The translations under genes and the position numbers were made by a program. Shown here in pieces: positions 1-13,026 of a stretch of DNA of 35,480 nucleotides (its first letter is position 1; each line of letters opens with the position of its first letter). The notes beneath the pieces were generated by a model. That model saw only the letters and a list, made by a program, of their open reading frames with translations, did not search any database and had not been told where the DNA came from. The DNA comes from Octopus bimaculoides. Taxonomy: Eukaryota. The stretch is from NCBI RefSeq assembly GCF_001194135.2, contig NC_068986.1, forward strand, positions 56,556,736 to 56,592,215, written 5' to 3'.

Positions 1-169
1 TCTTGTCTTCTTTTTTACCAGAGTCTCTTGTTTAAACGTTATCAGTTCAAAAGACAGCTGGCAAGCGATCTTGTTCTCAGCTTGATACATGACGGATTAA
101 ATTATTATTTCGACCAAAAAATCCTGGGTGGCAGTATTTACAAAGTTTGTGGTTTTTATTATAAGATTT

Positions 170-285
170 CACACACACACACACATACACACACACACGC
201 ACACACACACACACACACATACACACACACACACACTCACACACACACACACACATACACACACATACACATACACACACATGTA
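170..285. repeat. (AC)n/(ACAT) microsatellite
   Basis: Direct reading; it produces the HTHTHT/CVCVCV ORFs in the track. Confidence 0.97.
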
Positions 286-731
286 TGTGTGCGTGTTATA
301 TCAAAGTACACTCGCAAACACAAATAAAGTAAAAAGTAAAAAATACTGACATACGCTCAAAATATTGACAAATAATATCAATAAAATAATAACAGTAATA
401 ATATTATATTACCCATAAAATGCGACAAGAGACTATTCGGCCATCCAGATTATAAATGTTTTCGTTATCTCGGGATATCTTAATGGTAAATCTATTCATT
501 TTATATCAAGGCACATTTCAGCCATGTTTTTCATAGGAAAATATCGGTAAAAGATTATTATTACCCGAAGAAAATTTAAACTAAACGAAGATATACGTAC
601 ACTGGAGAATCAGCTACAAATTGCAGCTCAGGCAAGGAATACGTATTGAATTTTAGTTAGTCATAAAGATATGAACTTGCATTGTTACTTAAACTAAATA
701 CACAATTATTCGCATGGCATACGTATCTAAT

Positions 732-789
<58 letters not shown>

Positions 790-829
790 AGTCTGTGTGT
801 GTGCGTGTGTGTGTGCGTGTGTGCGCGTG
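732..829. repeat. (TCTA)n followed by (TG)n microsatellite
   Basis: Direct reading. Confidence 0.97.
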
Positions 830-837
830 TATAGGAG

Positions 838-981
838 AAAGATGACAATTTTGGACCACTGGTAAGGTGTTTGCAACTCCAGTACCTAAGATGCGCTTTC
901 AACTTCCCATCTATAATTATTGGAGCAACAGGATACGTACTAATCCGCGTAGAGCAAAGTATGTCTGAAATTGTGTTCTAG
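838..981 (+). mobile_element. Old fragment of an R4-clade LINE, C-terminal restriction-like endonuclease region
   Basis: Translates KDDNFGPLVRCLQLQYLRCAFNFPSIIIGATGYVLIRVEQSMSEIVF*. This aligns by eye to KENIYAELLRNLQLLYPD-YKFRFIPVIIGAL*YVTRCLNTNLEK*GF of the LINE at about 30610-30750. Confidence 0.55.
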
Positions 982-1139
982 GGATTACAATTCCTTAATT
1001 CTTACGCTACAAACATGGACAATTTTAATCTGATGAACGAGATGCTTCCTTTCATGACTTTGCTACCTAGCTGGTCTAAACAGTCTAAATTATTTCCGCG
1101 CGCGCGCGCATATATTCTTCGATTAGAAGTTCTGTTAAC

Positions 1140-1333
1140 CTCATGAAGGGATTATTCATCCAAGGAAATACTGGTTCAGCATCTAGTATTTTTGGGGAAC
1201 TAACTTCCTTAAAATAATAGATACATATAAAAACATATAGTTTATATTCATAAAAAAAAAAAGAAAAAGAAAATAGAGGTTGAGAAGTTAGCAATTGTTT
1301 ATTATTAACAGTAAATTAATCATCTTCACTTAC
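1140..1333 (-). other. Candidate 126-nt spliceosomal intron (1333-1208) and 68-nt exon (1207-1140)
   Basis: Minus strand: GTAAGT donor at 1333, TGCTAAC branch-like motif at 1293-1287, long pyrimidine tract, first downstream AG at 1209-1208. Exon reads EVSSPKILDAEPVFPWMNNPFM, then a weak AG|GTTAAC donor. No homology recognised. Confidence 0.25.
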
Positions 1334-1694
1334 AGCTGTTTCAATTAATACCCAGTAAATATTAAAGAGATATTAAATTTATATTTATATGGCCTCAGCA
1401 TCATATCTTCAGAGGGGAAAAAAATACCCTTGGATGTTTTACATGTGTTTATGGATTCATTATAGCAGACTGAATGATACGGTTTATGATTTGTATCGTT
1501 ATATGTTTGGGCGAGGTGATTACAGGTTAATTGGAGACAAGATAGAGTAGGTGAATAGAATTAGAATAATAAATGAATAAATTAAATAGAGATGATAGAG
1601 GAAATAGAGATGATAGATATAAATAAGGTGAGTTTATAGTTAATAAAAGAATAGAATATTCCTTTATAATGTATGAATAAAGTTATGAAAATGT

Positions 1695-1930
1695 GTATAT
1701 ATGCAAGTACACACGCACGTATACATATACACATATACATATATGTCCCCGTACGTCCATATATATATATACACTGAGATACACGCATATACCCACACAT
1801 ATACATACATCCACACGCACACACACATATCCGTGCATACACGTCTATACGTATATATACATATACATGCGCATATACATGAATACGTATGCACATTCAC
1901 ACATACATATATGTATATATATATATATGT
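1695..1930. repeat. Compound (TA)/(CA)/(TACA) low-complexity repeat
   Basis: Direct reading. Confidence 0.9.
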
Positions 1931-2790
1931 GTTTACTCTTCTTACCCACCACCTCTAAGAAGAAGTTCATATATATCCATGTCGGTCAATTAATTCCGAT
2001 TGATTAATGAAATTTTGAATTATTTTATTTACTCTATAGCGTTTCTTTTTCTTCTTATATATGTATACACGCACACAGAGAAAAACATACAAACAAATAC
2101 ACACACATATGCGCGCGCACACACACACACACAATGATTTCACTTAGTCTAACACACATAGACTCGTTAATTTCTCACAATACTGAAATAAATAAAAATA
2201 AAACATACATTAATTTAGTTTCACTTTGGTTAGATTATAAACAAAAAAATTATACCGTTCCTCAAGGGATGTTTTGTTGAAATCAAAGCTGTTTTCTGAT
2301 TAATTCTTAATGTTTAACCTGATAGTTGTTATTTTAAACTAAGGAAAAAATATTTTTCTAATAAGCAGAGAAGATTTGAAACAAATTAATGTCTGTAAGG
2401 GAGGTACCTTGTAACACGTGATGTATAAGAGGAAGAAATGCAAATCTAAAATTAAGATAAAGACCAAAATCTCGAGGTGTTAATGTAACTCTGATTACAG
2501 TCTTATCAATTTATTTCAAATGTTCCGAGAAATAAATGATATACTGCTTTAGAGTCGGAATTATTATTCCAAAGAATCTTACATAATATTCCAAATGCGG
2601 TATCATGTCAAAAGCCCAGACTTACTTGTTAGTTTAACTTACGTTTTACACATACTCATACTCACACGCACACATTCATACATTCACACAATCACTACAG
2701 TAAAGGGACGGTCATTTTATCCGGCACTTGTTCATACATATATGCAAACATACATATATATGTGTACATATGCGTGTGTGTGCATGTAAC

Positions 2791-2995
2791 CCTAGCTGGA
2801 GACCGGAGTGAGAGGCTGTCCTCTCAACTAGTACGCTGAAGTGGGAGCCGCTGGATGACGGACTCTGGTGATGATCTTCCACACTTTCCAATCCCTGGCG
2901 CTGGCCTTAGCATGCTTCAGGTCAAAGCACAGTGACTTCAGATCTTCGTCAATTAGTTTCGCTAATGTCTTATTTGGTGCACTGGTTTCTCCAGT
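2791..2995 (-). mobile_element. RTE-type LINE 3' end fragment
   Basis: Minus frame GETSAPNKTLAKLIDEDLKSLCFDLKHAKASARDWKVWKIITR resembles the RTE-clade C-terminus (GRPxxTW...I.EDL..LG.....A...A.DR..WR). A short 3' UTR runs into a CA repeat. Confidence 0.65.
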
Positions 2996-4419
2996 GTGTG
3001 TGTGTGTCGCTGAAGCCACAAAAGTTGGTGTGGTAGTTTTCCGGTGCTCATCCAGCAGACGTGACCAAACCATACATATACGTGTGTGTGTGCTTTTGTC
3101 TTCTTCTCGGCCACGATATCGTAAAAAGAAGGGATTACAGATCTTCAAACTTATATAGAGAGGTGCAAGCATAAACATTGTTTAAGTTATAACCTGCCGC
3201 CAAAAGCTGACATATGCAAATTAGCTATTGAAACTATATCAGCCTGATTTAAAACTGCTTTCTAAGCAGCTCGTTCAGGGAAAGAAAATAAGGCATGTCT
3301 CATTTGCGGTGCAGTCATCAGGCCGTGAAATAGGCCGTCAGTAGATATCCTCTCTCATTTTCCAGTCCATCAATAGTATAGAAAGAAAGTGTTTACATTC
3401 TTATTTAACTCACGAGATGGCTTATATATNNNNNNNNNNNNNNNNNNNNNNNNNNNNNNNNNNNNNNNNNNNNNNNNNNNNNNNNNNNNNNNNNNNNNNN
3501 NNNNNNNNNNNNNNNNNNNNNNNNNNNNNNNNNNNNNNNNNNNNNNNNNNNNNNNNNNNNNNNNNNNNNNNNNNNNNNNNNNNNNNNNNNNNNNNNNNNN
3601 NNNNNNNNNNNNNNNNNNNNNNNNNNNNNNNNNNNNNNNNNNNNNNNNNNNNNNNNNNNNNNNNNNNNNNNNNNNNNNNNNNNNNNNNNNNNNNNNNNNN
3701 NNNNNNNNNNNNNNNNNNNNNNNNNNNNNNNNNNNNNNNNNNNNNNNNNNNNNNNNNNNNNNNNNNNNNNNNNNNNNNNNNNNNNNNNNNNNNNNNNNNN
3801 NNNNNNNNNNNNNNNNNNNNNNNNNNNNNNNNNNNNNNNNNNNNNNNNNNNNNNNNNNNNNNNNNNNNNNNNNNNNNNNNNNNNNNNNNNNNNNNNNNNN
3901 NNNNNNNNNNNNNNNNNNNNNNNNNNNNNNNNNNNNNNNNNNNNNNNNNNNNNNNNNNNNNNNNNNNNNNNNNNNNNNNNNNNNNNNNNNNNNNNNNNNN
4001 NNNNNNNNNNNNNNNNNNNNNNNNNNNNNNNNNNNNNNNNNNNNNNNNNNNNNNNNNNNNNNNNNNNNNNNNNNNNNNNNNNNNNNNNNNNNNNNNNNNN
4101 NNNNNNNNNNNNNNNNNNNNNNNNNGGGGAGGGGACAGAGATTTGAGTGACGTGTGTTAATCACATAGTATCTCAATAGTATCTGTACAGAACAAGCGGA
4201 GCGTATAGTTCTAATGGTCGTTTTAATATTCAAGCAAAAATCTCTCAACATATTCCCTCATACCACTTTAGATTAGGCAGATAAGTGACGGACGAGAAAA
4301 GAAACGGCTACAAATATGATCTGCTTCTTAAGTTATGTTTCAATCGTTCTCCGTCTTTCGTTATTTTGCACCTCTTAATATGTCTTTTGAATCGCGTGAA
4401 TGTGAGTGTGTGTACGCGG

Positions 4420-4422
<3 letters not shown>

Positions 4423-4516
<94 letters not shown>

Positions 4517-4620
4517 CGAGTGCATGTATATTCTTGAGTGTGTATGTGTACGTGTGTATGTGATATGAGTGTGTGTGACTGTGGCTGTATATGTAACGGG
4601 ATTTGTATGCATGTATGCAT

Positions 4621-4672
<52 letters not shown>

Positions 4673-4690
4673 GTCTGTCTGTCTGTCTGT
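4423..4690. repeat. (TG)n-(GA)n, (ATCA)n and (TCTG)n microsatellites
   Basis: Direct reading. Confidence 0.95.
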
Positions 4691-4721
4691 CTGTACACAT
4701 AATATATATACATATATATTG

Positions 4722-4880
4722 ACTCACTTATTTCCGACTCACTGGACTGTGGCCATCATGGGATTTAGTCGAGCAAATCGACCCTAGCATTTACAAAATT
4801 TGTCTGGGACTTATTTTATCGGTCTTTAGCCGGACCGTAAAGTTACGGGGATGTAAACAAACCAACACTGACTATCAAGC
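4722..4880 (-). mobile_element. tRNA-derived SINE, 3' half
   Basis: Shares ggactgtggcc..tttagtcgagcaaatcgaccc..acttattttatcggtc..gttacggggatgtaaacaaaccaacac with the reverse complement of the 3' half of the copy at 16879-17298. Confidence 0.85.
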
Positions 4881-5579
4881 GGTGGCGAGGGAGAATAGCG
4901 CGTGCGCACACACACACACGATAAGCTTCTTCCAGTTTCCTTCTATCAAATTNNNNNNNNNNNNNNNNNNNNNNNNNNNNNNNNNNNNNNNNNNNNNNNN
5001 NNNNNNNNNNNNNNNNNNNNNNNNNNNNNNNNNNNNNNNNNNNNNNNNNNNNNNNNNNNNNNNNNNNNNNNNNNNNNNNNNNNNNNNNNNNNNNNNNNNN
5101 NNNNNNNNNNNNNNNNNNNNNNNNNNNNNNNNNNNNNNNNNNNNNNNNNNNNNNNNNNNNNNNNNNNNNNNNNNNNNNNNNNNNNNNNNNNNNNNNNNNN
5201 NNNNNNNNNNNNNNNNNNNNNNNNNNNNNNNNNNNNNNNNNNNNNNNNNNNNNNNNNNNNNNNNNNNNNNNNNNNNNNNNNNNNNNNNNNNNNNNNNNNN
5301 NNNNNNNNNNNNNNNNNNNNNNNNNNNNNNNNNNNNNNNNNNNNNNNNNNNNATATATATATATATATATATATAAAATGGATCACACAGGTTGTAATCC
5401 TTTGAAACATATGTAGGAATAAAGTATGCAATTATAACATGCGTTTTCTCCAATCCTTAAATTCTTATATATATATATATGTATACGTTTATGAATTTGT
5501 GTTGCAAGATTCCTGATGTGAAACCGTGTGGTGACACCGATATTGTTGTATTTCAGGATGGTAACTTTTTTTTTTTTTG

Positions 5580-5885
5580 CCAAATGAACACACGCACTAT
5601 ATATTCGTTCTTCACTTGTTTACTACTGTTCTTATTTTAACTGATGTCCATTGTCCGAAAATCTTTAGTCACGCATCTATGACCTCTTCATGCTCCTTAT
5701 ATAAGGATACACATCATAGAAGAACGGATTGGACTAAGTGGAGCAGGAGTACACACGAGGATGGAAAGTGTCACTGAAGAGGTCATCGATGTGTGACGAG
5801 AGATTTCCGGACAATGGACATGAGTTAAAAAAAGAGCAGTAATAAACGAGTGAAGAACGAATATATATTGCGTGTAGTCATTTGG
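5580..5885. mobile_element. MITE-like fold-back element, about 110-bp inverted arms (5580-5690 and 5775-5885)
   Basis: Left arm ccaaatgaacacacgcactatatattcgttcttcac...gacctcttca matches the reverse complement of the right arm. About 85-bp non-coding spacer. A further arm copy lies at 31445-31561. Confidence 0.85.
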
Positions 5886-5936
5886 GAAAAAGAAAAATGA
5901 CCAACCCGAAATACAATAATGAATATATATATATAT

Positions 5937-5970
<34 letters not shown>

Positions 5971-6271
5971 CTGCGTGTGTTTACACACACTTCTGTGTGT
6001 AAATATTTCTTTTTGATTCTACAAAACATACATGAACACATACTGGCATAGAAGTATTCTAATGAGTTCTCCGTCGGTTTCAGCGATAACTATTCCAGTT
6101 AGTTGATTAAATGAATTTCCATTTCATTATAGAGGAAGTAGCTGAAAATTCCAGAGACATCTCTACTTTCTGCGCATTTGCTAGACCGACTCAACATGAC
6201 ACTGTGCATCAAAAAGGGCTCATTGAATTACAGGTTCCATCCGTCTGGTATTTTCAATAGTCATTTTACAC

Positions 6272-6342
6272 TAATTTCACTCCCAAATCTTGGCTCTAGC
6301 CGAGGCTATAGTAAAATGCACTTGCTGGAGATGTTACTCAGT
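6272..6342 (-). mobile_element. Degenerate SINE 5' fragment
   Basis: cactcccaaatcttggctctagccgaggctatagtaaaatgcacttgc resembles the cactc..gctttg..cgaggc..tagtagaagacacttgc block of the 13027 and 26398 copies. Confidence 0.55.
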
Positions 6343-6635
6343 ATATGAATATGTGTTTATACATCTATATCTTGAATATGTGTTTATATATATATATATA
6401 TATACACACAGTCACACATCTGAACGATAATGTGTTGGAAGTTATTTCTCCATTAGAAGAAAGAACAAGCATTAGGGGTCAGTGAGAAAGAGAAATGGTC
6501 AGTGAGAGAGAAAAAAAGAAGTAGGGGTTGGGAATGAGATGGGGTAGTCAATAAGGGAGAAAGGGCAAGTGTGTGCGTGTGCAAATATAGTTGAGTGTAA
6601 AGGTGTGTGTGTGTGCGTTCGTCTGCTTATGTATT

Positions 6636-6677
<42 letters not shown>

Positions 6678-6733
6678 TATTTTACTTGTTTCTGTCATTT
6701 GACTGCGGCCATGCTGGAGTACTGCCTTTAGTC
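6678..6733 (-). mobile_element. SINE 3' end, cut by a gap
   Basis: ttttacttgtttctgtcatttgactgcggccatgctggagtactgcctttagtc is the reverse complement of the family tail. Confidence 0.85.
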
Positions 6734-7344
6734 NNNNNNNNNNNNNNNNNNNNNNNNNNNNNNNNNNNNNNNNNNNNNNNNNNNNNNNNNNNNNNNNNNN
6801 NNNNNNNNNNNNNNNNNNNNNNNNNNNNNNNNNNNNNNNNNNNNNNNNNNNNNNNNNNNNNNNNNNNNNNNNNNNNNNNNNNNNNNNNNNNNNNNNNNNN
6901 NNNNNNNNNNNNNNNNNNNNNNNNNNNNNNNNNNNNNNNNNNNNNNNNNNNNNNNNNNNNNNNNNNNNNNNNNNNNNNNNNNNNNNNNNNNNNNNNNNNN
7001 NNNNNNNNNNNNNNNNNNNNNNNNNNNNNNNNNNNNNNNNNNNNNNNNNNNNNNNNNNNNNNNNNNNNNNNNNNNNNNNNNNNNNNNNNNNNNNNNNNNN
7101 NNNNNNNNNNNNNNNNNNNNNNNNNNNNNNNNNNNNNNNNNNNNNNNNNNNNNNNNNNNNNNNNNNNNNNNNNNNNNNNNNNNNNNNNNNNNNNNNNNNN
7201 NNNNNNNNNNNNNNNNNNNNNNNNNNNNNNNNNNNNNNNNNNNNNNNNNNNNNNNNNNNNNNNNNNNNNNNNNNNNNNNNNNNNNNNNNNNNNNNNNNNN
7301 NNNNNNNNNNNNNNNNNNNNNNNNNNNNNNNNNNNNNNNNNNNN

Positions 7345-7359
7345 TAGAGAGAGAGATAG

Positions 7360-7390
<31 letters not shown>

Positions 7391-7419
7391 GAGAGGGAGA
7401 GAGAGATAGAGAGAGAGAA

Positions 7420-7474
<55 letters not shown>

Positions 7475-7535
7475 GTGTGTGTGTGAGTGAGTGAGAGAGA
7501 AAGAAATAGACAGAGATAGAGAGGAGAGAGAGAGA
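7345..7535. repeat. (GA)n/(GAGATA) purine microsatellite
   Basis: Direct reading. Confidence 0.95.
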
Positions 7536-8473
7536 TACACACTCATAGTCACACTTATACATTTATGCTAATGGATATGCATACGGATATATATATATAA
7601 TATATTACACACACACACAAATATATATATATATACATACATATGTATACACAAAAGATTATGCAATACATTATATATAAATCCTCAAATCGCCGGAAAT
7701 ACCATAATTCAACGGAGTAGAATATGATATGTCATTATGTTGATTTCAAATTACTGCCTCAGTGGATTATTTTACCTGTTGATTTGTGTCATTCTGTCTA
7801 GCTATCATACCTAGTGTGCCTCACCTTTGATCTGCCTCCATCTACTTAATAGATCTCCATCAAATTGATATATTGTCCAACATGCATACAGATATATTCT
7901 TTTCCTAGGGTTTGGAGTTTCTTCCCAATGGAGAAAAAGCTAATTAATAGCCTAGAAACACTACACTTACATTAGACAACAATATCAATTATGATTGTCT
8001 TTATAAATGCTTCTATGTATGTATTTATTTATTTAGGTATGTATGAATGTATGTATGTATATGTGTATTTATGCATGCAGATGCACAGGTACAAGCGGAG
8101 CTCTCTTACCATATCCTATATTTGTGAGTGTATATTCAAATGTCAGGCTGTTTGCATAGAAATATTGCTTAATCTCAGATCTAATAATTAAAGGTATCTT
8201 GTACTACACTGTTTTCTTCTTTATTTTAAGACAATTAGTTGTGATTTGAAAGAATTTCTGAGCCATTTCTTGCAGAACGTGTGTCGGCAAAATTATGAAT
8301 TTATCAGACAATAAGATATTTTGGTGTATATGTGTGCGCGGACATGTTGTCGTCGGACACATCCACATATATGTGGGTAGTTGCTACGTGATAAACCCAC
8401 GCACACATAAGTTAAGTACCTACATTACCGAAGAATACCATGTATGTTAGACCGTTTATCTGCCCACAGATAG

Positions 8474-8503
8474 ACCCCTTAAAGCCAGGAACTTTTTAGC
8501 AAC

Positions 8504-8507
<4 letters not shown>
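8474..8507 (-). mobile_element. Possible solo Tc1/mariner terminal inverted repeat
   Basis: Minus strand reads CAGGGTTGCTAAAAAGTTCCTGGCTTTAAGGGGT next to a microsatellite, with a CAGGG start like the maT ends at 32553 and 33777. No partner TIR seen. Confidence 0.3.
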
Positions 8508-8546
<39 letters not shown>

Positions 8547-8607
8547 ATATACATAGATATATGCATATGTATATACATATACATATATATATATAAACAC
8601 ACACACC

Positions 8608-8657
<50 letters not shown>

Positions 8658-9465
8658 NNNNNNNNNNNNNNNNNNNNNNNNNNNNNNNNNNNNNNNNNNN
8701 NNNNNNNNNNNNNNNNNNNNNNNNNNNNNNNNNNNNNNNNNNNNNNNNNNNNNNNNNNNNNNNNNNNNNNNNNNNNNNNNNNNNNNNNNNNNNNNNNNNN
8801 NNNNNNNNNNNNNNNNNNNNNNNNNNNNNNNNNNNNNNNNNNNNNNNNNNNNNNNNNNNNNNNNNNNNNNNNNNNNNNNNNNNNNNNNNNNNNNNNNNNN
8901 NNNNNNNNNNNNNNNNNNNNNNNNNNNNNNNNNNNNNNNNNNNNNNNNNNNNNNNNNNNNNNNNNNNNNNNNNNNNNNNNNNNNNNNNNNNNNNNNNNNN
9001 NNNNNNNNNNNNNNNNNNNNNNNNNNNNNNNNNNNNNNNNNNNNNNNNNNNNNNNNNNNNNNNNNNNNNNNNNNNNNNNNNNNNNNNNNNNNNNNNNNNN
9101 NNNNNNNNNNNNNNNNNNNNNNNNNNNNNNNNNNNNNNNNNNNNNNNNNNNNNNNNNNNNNNNNNNNNNNNNNNNNNNNNNNNNNNNNNNNNNNNNNNNN
9201 NNNNNNNNNNNNNNNNNNNNNNNNNNNNNNNNNNNNNNNNNNNNNNNNNNNNNNNNNNNNNNNNNNNNNNNNNNNNNNNNNNNNNNNNNNNNNNNNNNNN
9301 NNNNNNNNNNNNNNNNNNNNNNNNNNNNNNNNNNNNNNNNNNNNNNNNNNNNNNNNNNNNNNNNNNNNNNNNNNNNNNNNNNNNNNNNNNNNNNNNNNNN
9401 NNNNNNNNNNNNNNNNNNNNNNNNNNNNNNNNNNNNNNNNNNNNNNNNNNNNNNNNNNNNNNNNN

Positions 9466-9534
<69 letters not shown>

Positions 9535-9660
9535 CTCACACACATATATATATACATATACATATGTATCTGTATTGGAACATAAATATACGTATACACT
9601 CACATATATACATATACATATCTGTATTACATACATGTACATACACATGTAACTACTTAT
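8508..9660. repeat. (TG)n/(TA)n microsatellite block around an N gap
   Basis: Direct reading. Confidence 0.95.
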
Positions 9661-10249
9661 ACACACTGTGTGTATGGAGCATCTATAGCCACACATATGT
9701 TCAGAGAGAAAGATATTTGTATATAGATGTATACAAATGTACGTATATACACATTCGTGTATACATTTCACTTAAATGGCTCTGAAGAAGCTACATAATG
9801 TCCTACAAGCACTCAGATCTAAGTGGAAAGCGTCTTATAACCAAAACATATGTGAACTAATAAAACTAATTACGTAACATGCGGCATTTTGTCATCCATT
9901 AATTCATGTGAGTGTATGTGTGTTTGTGTGTTAGTGCGTGTCTGTGTATGTACATGTGTCTGCATGTGTGTCTTTGTTAAATATTACGAGCGTATATAAG
10001 TAAATGTGATATATTCGTACGTGTCTTCCAACTACGTATCTACTAAGTTTTTCATCGCTGAAGAATTGAAGTTAAATGTCCGGCCAACCGATTCCGTTGT
10101 TCAGTTTTGATTTCGTATTAAAGAAATTACTTATAGTTGATTTATTTTAATGTGCTTAGAAATAAGAGCACGTATCTTACTGCATTAGTTCTTTTCTGTG
10201 ACATATGTGAACGAGTGCTTGCACACATATACAAACGGTCGAATTTACG

Positions 10250-10501
10250 CGCGCGCACACACACACACACATACACACACACACACACACAAACGTATGA
10301 ATATTTCATATTGTATATGTAGATCTGTGTATATGTTGATGTATGTATATATATGTGTGCGTGTATATTATACACACAAACACACATACACACATATATA
10401 TATATAATATATATGTATACATATTATATATATATGTATACAAACACACATACACATATACATATAAATATATATACATATGTATTTAAACATACACTGG
10501 C

Positions 10502-10549
<48 letters not shown>

Positions 10550-10826
10550 AAATATATATATATGTATATATATGCATATGTATATATATATATATATGTA
10601 TATATTCATATATATACAGATATATACATATATATATATGTATATACATATATATACATATATATGTATATATATGTATATACATATATATACATATATA
10701 CATATACATATATGTATATACATATTTACATACATAAACATATATATGCCTATATACATTTATGAGTACTAATATATGTATATTTTTATATGTCTATACA
10801 TATATGTACATACATAAATATATCTA

Positions 10827-10891
<65 letters not shown>

Positions 10892-11250
10892 ATATTTTTA
10901 TATGTTGGTACACGACGGTCATTTTTTTACATCATTTTTATATCTATCTATCTATCTATCTATCTATCTACCTATCTATCTATCTATTCTTATACATATG
11001 ATGTATATAATATATGTATATAATATAAGGATACACGTACATATGCATCTATAAATATGCACACCCGCCCACCCACATATTTGAATAATTATATAACTAT
11101 ATGTGTCATATAATATATATACATATATCTATATTATGTATTTAATATGTTCATATATATGCATGCGTACTTACACATGTGCACACACGCACATGCACAC
11201 TCACACACGCACCCACAGGCACACACAAACACACACACGCACATACACAC
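10250..11250. repeat. About 1-kb compound TA/TACA/TG/TCTA/CA microsatellite field
   Basis: Direct reading; source of the YIYI and HTHT ORFs. Confidence 0.95.
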
Positions 11251-11775
11251 ACATGCAATATACGGATTATTTGAAAACATCCGTGCGCGCACTGTTTGCA
11301 TATTAGATGTGTTTGGATGAATTTAAATGTGCATTTAAAAAAACTATGTGATGAAAGACATGCATGTTAGGACATATCAGCATACATTTGTAGATGTACA
11401 TATGTACATGTATATGTAGATTATGTACATATTTTTCTATGTATACATGTATGTATGTATGTATATATGTATGTGTGTTTATGTATACATGCATATATGA
11501 TCGTGTGTACGGAGACATGCTTGTTTACATGAATCTCTGTGAGGCTGTATATAAGTGACTGTGTATATGCAAATGTGTGTATATTTGAATAAAGTTCGTT
11601 TTTGAATAAAGTTATTATATTTGAATAAGTTCGTTAATGTGTGTATAGCTGAATAAATTTCCTTATTCGTAAAATACAGAATGATGCATGCACACAGACA
11701 CACGTATCGACTTCGTAGATTCAGCAAACGTGTTTGTGAGTTTGCTGCTATTGAAACAGAAAGCTACATATTAGT

Positions 11776-11820
<45 letters not shown>

Positions 11821-12513
11821 CGTCTCATTTATACAAAGGGAATCACACTTTAGTGCTTGTGTGTGTGTGTGTGTGTGTGTTCGTGTGCGTGCGAAGTATG
11901 TGTGTAAGTGAATGTACATATACAATCACTAATATAGGCGCTGATTAACACATCATTTCCAATTCAACTNNNNNNNNNNNNNNNNNNNNNNNNNNNNNNN
12001 NNNNNNNNNNNNNNNNNNNNNNNNNNNNNNNNNNNNNNNNNNNNNNNNNNNNNNNNNNNNNNNNNNNNNNNNNNNNNNNNNNNNNNNNNNNNNNNNNNNN
12101 NNNNNNNNNNNNNNNNNNNNNNNNNNNNNNNNNNNNNNNNNNNNNNNNNNNNNNNNNNNNNNNNNNNNNNNNNNNNNNNNNNNNNNNNNNNNNNNNNNNN
12201 NNNNNNNNNNNNNNNNNNNNNNNNNNNNNNNNNNNNNNNNNNNNNNNNNNNNNNNNNNNNNNNNNNNNNNNNNNNNNNNNNNNNNNNNNNNNNNNNNNNN
12301 NNNNNNNNNNNNNNNNNNNNNNNNNNNNNNNNNNNNNNNNNNNNNNNNNNNNNNNNNNNNNNNNNNNNNNNNNNNNNNNNNNNNNNNNNNNNNNNNNNNN
12401 NNNNNNNNNNNNNNNNNNNNNNNNNNNNNNNNNNNNNNNNNNNNNNNNNNNNNNNNNNNNNNNTATATATATGAATGTGTAGATATGTATAAATATTTAA
12501 GCATGTAAATATT

Positions 12514-12584
<71 letters not shown>

Positions 12585-12598
12585 ATCTATCTATCTAT
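12514..12598. repeat. (TCTA)n microsatellite
   Basis: Direct reading. Confidence 0.97.
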
Positions 12599-13026
12599 TT
12601 GTAAATAGGCGTATATACATAAAACATATACAATTACCTATACATACTCATACACACACACACGTGTGTGTATAAAAAATTTATTATTTCTTGGTTCCTA
12701 GATATAAAAAATATACAAAATAAATTGAATGTATCAAAAATATACAAAGTAAAGAAATTATACACAAAAAAGCGCGCGCACACACAAACACACACACTAT
12801 TCTCACACATACATACACACACTATTCTCACATATACATATAAACATACTTCTAATACTTAANNNNNNNNNNNNNNNNNNNNNNNNNNNNNNNNNNNNNN
12901 NNNNNNNNNNNNNNNNNNNNNNNNNNNNNNNNNNNNNNNNNNNNNNNNNNNNNNNNNNNNNNGAAATTGAAGCTATAGTCCTATTGGTAAAATCCCAAAT
13001 TTGTAATAATATATATATATATATAA

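Noticed and set aside
420-520. YKCFRYLGI (RT-like) or ETI..H..C..SRH (zinc-knuckle-like) readings
   Set aside because: Needs several assumed frameshifts and the two readings conflict; too weak to call.
6133-6233. Open frame EVAENSRDISTFCAF... after an acceptor-like site
   Set aside because: Weak donor, short, and only a vague resemblance to an LTR-type RT motif with nothing else in support.
9780-9840. CTGAAGA...GAAAGCGTC
   Set aside because: The core words are present but stems I, II and III do not pair.
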